NCBI GenBank assembly: GCA_033722075.1
Contig: JAWVZU010000001.1
Span: 129-64,128, forward strand
Source of the DNA: Lysobacterales bacterium
GTDB lineage: Bacteria > Pseudomonadota > Gammaproteobacteria > Xanthomonadales > SZUA-38
Length of the DNA: 64,000 nucleotides
Direction of reading: 5' to 3'
The position numbers were made by a program, and so were the translations under genes. Under the pieces are notes generated by a model. It was not told the DNA's origin. It did not search any database and saw only the letters and a list, made by a program, of their open reading frames with translations. This document shows, in pieces, positions 59,762-64,000 of the stretch (position 1 is its first letter; the number at the start of each line of letters is the position of its first letter).

Positions 59762-60910
59762 ATGAGCCGCTTGTTCGAAAACCTCGTCTACTTCGGCAAA
59801 TTTGTCCTTCTGGGGGTGATTATCGCCGGTGCAGGTCTATTCGTCGTGACATTGCAGCGAAACGAGCCTGAACGGTCCGTTGACACCCCAACCGGACTCG
59901 AGGCGGTCCGCACGTCCTTTGCCGACGCGGTCGACCGAGCCGCGCCCGCAGTGGTCAACGTCTACGTCGACAAGGTCATCGAACAGCGACCGGTGACCAT
60001 CCTGCGCGACCCGCAACTGAGGCGCTTCGCCGGACGGGCCATCTTCGGCAAGCCGCGCTACCTGCCCCGGAGCGAACTGGGGTCCGGCGTGGTCGTTCAC
60101 GGCGACGGTCTCATCCTGACCAACTACCACGTCGTGCGCGGCGCCGAGGACATCCATATCGCCTTGTGGGACGGCAGAATCGCCCGGGCGACGGTGGTCG
60201 GGTACGACGAAGAGACCGATCTGGCAATCCTCAGCACTGAGCTGGACGGGCTGGCCACGGCGCCTTTCGCGGAATATGGCCGTTTGCGGGTAGGCGACGT
60301 GGTGCTGGCCATCGGCAATCCCTTCGGACTGGGTCAGACCGTCACCATGGGCATCGTGAGCGCCACCGGCCGGGCCGACCTGCAGGTGAGCATGTATGAG
60401 GATTTCATCCAGACCGACGCCGCGATCAACCGCGGCAATTCGGGCGGCGCGTTGATCAACGCCCGGGGCGAGATCGTCGGCATCAATACGGCCATGCTCG
60501 AACACGAGGGGGGCGCCGAAGGAATCGGCTTTGCGATCCCCATTTCCCTGGCCATGGACGTCCTGACCCAGGTCATCGAGCACGGCCAGGTGATCCGCGG
60601 ATGGCTGGGTGTGGAGATGGAAGACCCACGGCTGGTGCCGGATATCGCCGCCCAGGTCGGCAACGTCTCCGGCCTGGTGATCACCGGAATCTATCCCCAG
60701 GGGCCCGCCGATCGGGTCGGGCTGCAGCCGGGCGACTTCCTGACCCATTTTGACGGCGAGCCGGTCGGCAGCCTGCGCGAACTGCTGAAGGAAATCGCTG
60801 CCGCGCCACCCGGGTCCGAGCATACGCTCCGGATCCTCCGTGAGGGCGAAGCGGTGGAGGAGACGGTCACCCTCATCCAGCGCCCCCCGCGACTTTCCGG
60901 CTCCGGCTAG
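59762..60910 (+). CDS. degS: DegS-like S1C serine endopeptidase (single PDZ)
   Basis: N-terminal TM anchor. The catalytic triad context is TNYHVV, DLAIL and GNSGGAL, with one PDZ domain. I chose the ATG at 59762, with AGGA 5 nt upstream, over the TTG at 59738. Confidence 0.88.
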   Translation: MSRLFENLVYFGKFVLLGVIIAGAGLFVVTLQRNEPERSVDTPTGLEAVRTSFADAVDRAAPAVVNVYVDKVIEQRPVTILRDPQLRRFAGRAIFGKPRYLPRSELGSGVVVHGDGLILTNYHVVRGAEDIHIALWDGRIARATVVGYDEETDLAILSTELDGLATAPFAEYGRLRVGDVVLAIGNPFGLGQTVTMGIVSATGRADLQVSMYEDFIQTDAAINRGNSGGALINARGEIVGINTAMLEHEGGAEGIGFAIPISLAMDVLTQVIEHGQVIRGWLGVEMEDPRLVPDIAAQVGNVSGLVITGIYPQGPADRVGLQPGDFLTHFDGEPVGSLRELLKEIAAAPPGSEHTLRILREGEAVEETVTLIQRPPRLSGSG

Positions 60911-60940
60911 TCCGCATTCGCGGGAGATCGAAAGCGACAA

Positions 60941-61037
60941 CCATGAAAGCCATGAAAACACATGAAAAAATCAGCAATTCATGTTCACGGCTACGCGGCT
61001 AACGAGTCCCTTTCAAGCATTTCATGGTTTTCATGGC
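60941..61037. repeat. AT-rich CCATGAAA repeat array in inverted arrangement (possible bidirectional terminator or binding-site array)
   Basis: Direct copies ccatgaaa (60941), ccatgaaa (60950) and acatgaaa (60960) lie on the left. Inverted copies tttcatgg (61020) and tttcatgg (61029) lie on the right. 60941-60957 can pair with 61020-61036 (16 Watson-Crick pairs plus 1 G-U) around a 62-nt loop. Confidence 0.6.
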
Positions 61038-61047
61038 CCTGCTGTAA

Positions 61048-62694
61048 TTACATGTTGCTGTAGTTCGGTCCGCCCCCGCCTTCGGGCGTCACCCAGTGGA
61101 TGTTCTGGGCCGGGTCCTTGATATCGCAGGTCTTGCAGTGGACGCAGTTGGTGAAGTTGATCTGGAACTTCTTGCGGCCGTCCTCTTCCACCACTTCGTA
61201 GACTGCCGCCGGGCAATAGCGCTGGGCGGGTTCGTCATACCTGGGCAGGTTCTGACCGATCGGAATCTCCGGATCCTTGAGCTGCAGGTGATTCGGCTGG
61301 TCCTCTTCGTGGATCGTCGAGGAGAGATAAACCGATGACAGCTTGTCGAAGCTGAGCTTGCCGTCCGGCGCCGGATAGTCGATCGGGCTGGCCTGGTCCG
61401 CGGGCACCAGCGTTGCATGGTCCGGCTTGGGCGCATTCCAGGTAAAGGGCATCTTGCCGCGGAAGATGTTCTGATCGATGAACGTGAACGCGGCCCCGAG
61501 CTTGGTGCCCATCTTCTTCAGGCCCGGCTCGAAGTTGCGCGCTCGGTGCAATTCTTCGAATACCCAGGAATCACGCAACCGGGTCTCGTAATCGGTCAGT
61601 TCCGCGGCGGGCTGGTCGGCACTCAAGGCCTCGAACACCGATTCCGCGGCCAGCACGCCGGATTTGAAGGCAGTATGGATCCCCTTGATCTTGGCACTGT
61701 TCAGCAATCCCGCATCGCAGCCGATGAGCATGCCGCCGGGAAAGGTCAGCTTGGGCACCGATTGCAGCCCGCCCTTGTTCAGCGCCCGGGCGCCATAGCC
61801 GATGCGTTCTCCGCCGGCCAGGGAGGCCGCCACCGCCGGATTGTGTTTCCAGCGCTGGAATTCGTGAAAAGGGCTGAGATAGGGGTTGCTGTAGGCCAGC
61901 GAAATCACGAAGCCCACGGCAACCAGACCGTCGCCGAAGTGGTAGACGAAGCCACCGCCCCCGGTTCGATTGTCAAGCGGCCAGCCGAGCGTATGGACCA
62001 CCAGCCCGGGACGATGCTGTTCCGGCCCCAGGCGCCAGATTTCCTTCAGGCCGATCCCGTAGTGCTGCGGGTCGACGCCCCGCCGCAAGGTGAAACGTTG
62101 CTCGAGTTCCTTGGCCAGATGACCGCGGCATCCCTCCGCAAATATCGTGTACCGGGCCCGGAGTTCGTAGCCCGGTTCATGACCGGGTTTCGGCTCGCCG
62201 TCGGCGCCTACCCCCATGTCCTGCGTGATCACGCCGGCCACCGCACCGTCTTCGTAGATGACCTCGGAAGCGGGAAAACCCGGGAAGATGTTCACCTCCA
62301 TTGCCTCGGCCTGCTCGCCCAGCCAGCGGCAGACATTGCCCAGACTGACGATGTAGTTGCCATCGTTGTGCATGGGGCTTGGTATCAGGAAGTTGGGGAT
62401 CCGGGTCGCCTTGCGCTCGTTCCAGAGAAAATGGAACTCGTCCTCGGTCACCGGCTGATCAATCGGCGCGCCGCGCTCCTTCCAGTCCGGCATCAACTCG
62501 TCGAGACCGATCGGATCCATGACGGCGCCGGAGAGGATGTGCGCTCCGATCTCCGAGCCCTTCTCGACCAGGCCGACCATGATGTCCTGGCCTTTTTCGG
62601 CCGCGAGCTGACGCAGGCGGATCGCCGCTGCCAGCCCTGCCGGGCCGCCGCCAACGATCATGACGTCGAATTCCATTGCTTCCCTTTCCATCAC
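61048..62694 (-). CDS. Electron-transfer flavoprotein:ubiquinone oxidoreductase
   Basis: 548 aa. The FAD motif is DVMIVGGGPAGLAAA, and the C-terminal 4Fe-4S motif is CPAAVYE ... NCVHCKTCDIKDP. Confidence 0.93.
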   Translation of the reverse strand: MMEREAMEFDVMIVGGGPAGLAAAIRLRQLAAEKGQDIMVGLVEKGSEIGAHILSGAVMDPIGLDELMPDWKERGAPIDQPVTEDEFHFLWNERKATRIPNFLIPSPMHNDGNYIVSLGNVCRWLGEQAEAMEVNIFPGFPASEVIYEDGAVAGVITQDMGVGADGEPKPGHEPGYELRARYTIFAEGCRGHLAKELEQRFTLRRGVDPQHYGIGLKEIWRLGPEQHRPGLVVHTLGWPLDNRTGGGGFVYHFGDGLVAVGFVISLAYSNPYLSPFHEFQRWKHNPAVAASLAGGERIGYGARALNKGGLQSVPKLTFPGGMLIGCDAGLLNSAKIKGIHTAFKSGVLAAESVFEALSADQPAAELTDYETRLRDSWVFEELHRARNFEPGLKKMGTKLGAAFTFIDQNIFRGKMPFTWNAPKPDHATLVPADQASPIDYPAPDGKLSFDKLSSVYLSSTIHEEDQPNHLQLKDPEIPIGQNLPRYDEPAQRYCPAAVYEVVEEDGRKKFQINFTNCVHCKTCDIKDPAQNIHWVTPEGGGGPNYSNM

Positions 62695-62736
62695 AGTCTC
62701 CTGACTTTTCCCAGACCGATTATAACGAACCGCGAC

Positions 62737-64000
62737 TCAGCTCCGTTGGCTCTGCAGGTCACTCGCAGTGGCGCACATCCGGCGCGCTCGCGCGGCCGCT
62801 GGCTGCTCCGGGCCAAACCAGGTCGCAATCTCTTCGAGGTCCCTGCAGACCGCGAGAATTCCATCGAAAGCCACCCGGGCGCCAAAGCGTTCGTGACCGA
62901 CGCGCATCAGTTCTTCGGCCGCGCCGAACATCTGATTGAGCAGCGCCTGGCGCAGCAGCTTCGACCACTCGGAGACCTGCAATCCAACCAGCTTCGGTGC
63001 GATGAGTTGGCGAAAACTGGTCTCCGCGAGACCGGCGACGTCCGGCAGCCTGTCGGCCGCCGGGCGATTCAGCCGTGCGCCGACGAGACGGATAAGCTCC
63101 GGCTGCGAAGCCCGCGCCGGCGAGGCCAGGATGGTCACCCGCGGCTGGTGCAGAATCGGCTGCCAACCGAGGAGCTTGAGCGCGTAATGGAGACGGAAGA
63201 AGCGGTCTTCGATGGGCAGGAGAAAATAATCGAAGCGATACTTCCGAACCAGTTCCGGCAGTTCTTCGGTCACGCGCCGGATGCTTGTCCAATCCGTATG
63301 GACCTCGCGCGGGTAGGCGTCGAACCGACCGTCCAGCATCGTCTTGAACCGAGGATGGCCGGCCCAGGCGAGGTACCCCCCCAGGCGGTAGGGATTGTAG
63401 ACATGCCCGCCCGGCAATTCGGTCAGCAGCCCTACGGCCCCGGGCAGGAACTTGTCGTCCACGTGGTGAAGAAGATAGACCCGCGCCGGCGATTCACGGG
63501 CCGGCGCATAGCGAAAGCCTTTCGTCGCTCCGGAAACGAAGTGGAATACCGCAACCACGCCGATGAGCGCTGGAACTGCCTGCCGAAACCTGGCGGGAAG
63601 GCGGTTCAGGCCGAGGGACTCCCCGGCCCGCAGGAGCGCCATGGAAGCAAGCGGCAGCATCCAGATGAACCGCACTGCATAGATGGTGGCTGCGATCGCC
63701 AGGGCGCCCGACAGCAACAGGAAGACGGTGATCCGGTCCATGGCCCTGCCCCGGTTCTCCTTCAGGTAGGTCAATCCGACGACCGGCACGAGGACCGCAT
63801 GGGCGATGACCGTCGACATCACCAAGGTTGAATTCCAGGGCAGCACCGGACGATCAACCCGGGTCCAGAGCCGCCCCCATTCGTCCACCACGGCCACCAA
63901 CGGGTTATTCGCGTCATGGGTGAAGTAGAAGTAGTAGATCTCGAAACCGTGGGGATTGAGCATGACCAATGCAGCCAGGCAGACCAGCAGTCCCGCAAGG
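62737..64000 (-). CDS. Polytopic membrane protein with a C-terminal soluble domain, unknown function (5' end outside the window)
   Basis: The ORF stays open and hydrophobic (…LAGLLVCLAALVMLNP…) up to the window edge, so the track start at 63969 is probably internal. Several TM spans are followed by a ~250-aa soluble region. Confidence 0.6.
   Translation of the reverse strand, partial: LAGLLVCLAALVMLNPHGFEIYYFYFTHDANNPLVAVVDEWGRLWTRVDRPVLPWNSTLVMSTVIAHAVLVPVVGLTYLKENRGRAMDRITVFLLLSGALAIAATIYAVRFIWMLPLASMALLRAGESLGLNRLPARFRQAVPALIGVVAVFHFVSGATKGFRYAPARESPARVYLLHHVDDKFLPGAVGLLTELPGGHVYNPYRLGGYLAWAGHPRFKTMLDGRFDAYPREVHTDWTSIRRVTEELPELVRKYRFDYFLLPIEDRFFRLHYALKLLGWQPILHQPRVTILASPARASQPELIRLVGARLNRPAADRLPDVAGLAETSFRQLIAPKLVGLQVSEWSKLLRQALLNQMFGAAEELMRVGHERFGARVAFDGILAVCRDLEEIATWFGPEQPAAARARRMCATASDLQSQRS

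Noticed and set aside
60943-61002. 19-codon ORF (MKAMKTHEKISNSCSRLRG) inside the CCATGAAA repeat island
   Set aside because: It has no Shine-Dalgarno sequence. Its ATGAAA codons are the repeat units themselves. It cannot be supported without conservation or ribosome-profiling data.
61417-63831. 804-aa ORF on the + strand
   Set aside because: It runs entirely antisense to the well-supported ETF-QO gene and the terminal membrane-protein gene. Its composition is Arg/Gly/Pro/Ala-rich with no recognisable motif. This is a typical shadow ORF of high-GC DNA.
1-64000. CRISPR arrays, tRNA/rRNA genes, IS elements, integrases, prophage or toxin-antitoxin modules
   Set aside because: I looked for regularly spaced 25-40-nt direct repeats, tRNA T-arm consensus (GGTTCGAATCC-like), and transposase, integrase or phage-like translations in the ORF track. 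None were seen. A by-eye scan can miss short or degenerate elements.

Overview
Limits: everything here was done by eye from the sequence and the supplied ORF track. No database search, folding, HMM or GC computation was run. Product calls rest on motifs I recognise in the translations, and several start codons are my re-picks.

The window is a visibly GC-rich chromosomal segment, roughly two-thirds G+C by eye. Its gene content and synteny look like the core genome of a gammaproteobacterium: sspA-sspB next to petABC, degS, ETF-QO, recQ, apaH, folA, nagZ next to an MTA/MTI phosphorylase and hpt, rlmD, ald, ogt and trhO.

I support about 58 protein-coding genes. They are tightly packed, and many stop/start junctions overlap by 1 to 4 nt. 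I saw no rRNA, tRNA, CRISPR array, IS element, transposase, integrase or prophage gene. Many long ORFs in the track are antisense shadow ORFs typical of high-GC DNA, and I rejected them.

Observations most worth a second look:
1. A roughly 125-aa Cys-bracketed C-terminal module of unknown function occurs four times in three secreted proteins: an FG-GAP propeller protein, a small secreted protein translationally coupled to an AmpD-like amidase, and a PQQ sugar dehydrogenase.
2. A 1438-aa single-polypeptide glycosyltransferase carries three GT modules and a central coiled coil, with no export or sugar-nucleotide genes beside it.
3. A divergent pair of short FimV/HubP-like LysM proteins share a C-terminal LP[ED][DG]L tail.
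4. A sigma-54-type -24/-12 box sits about 110 nt upstream of an orphan UUCG-tetraloop intrinsic terminator on the strand with no gene, which makes a candidate small RNA.
5. A ydbH-ydbL lipid-transport locus lacks a separate ynbE.
6. A 32-position long-range inverted repeat encloses a hairpin-rich 208-nt core at the left edge of the window.
7. An AT-rich array of CCATGAAA repeats in inverted arrangement lies between degS and ETF-QO.
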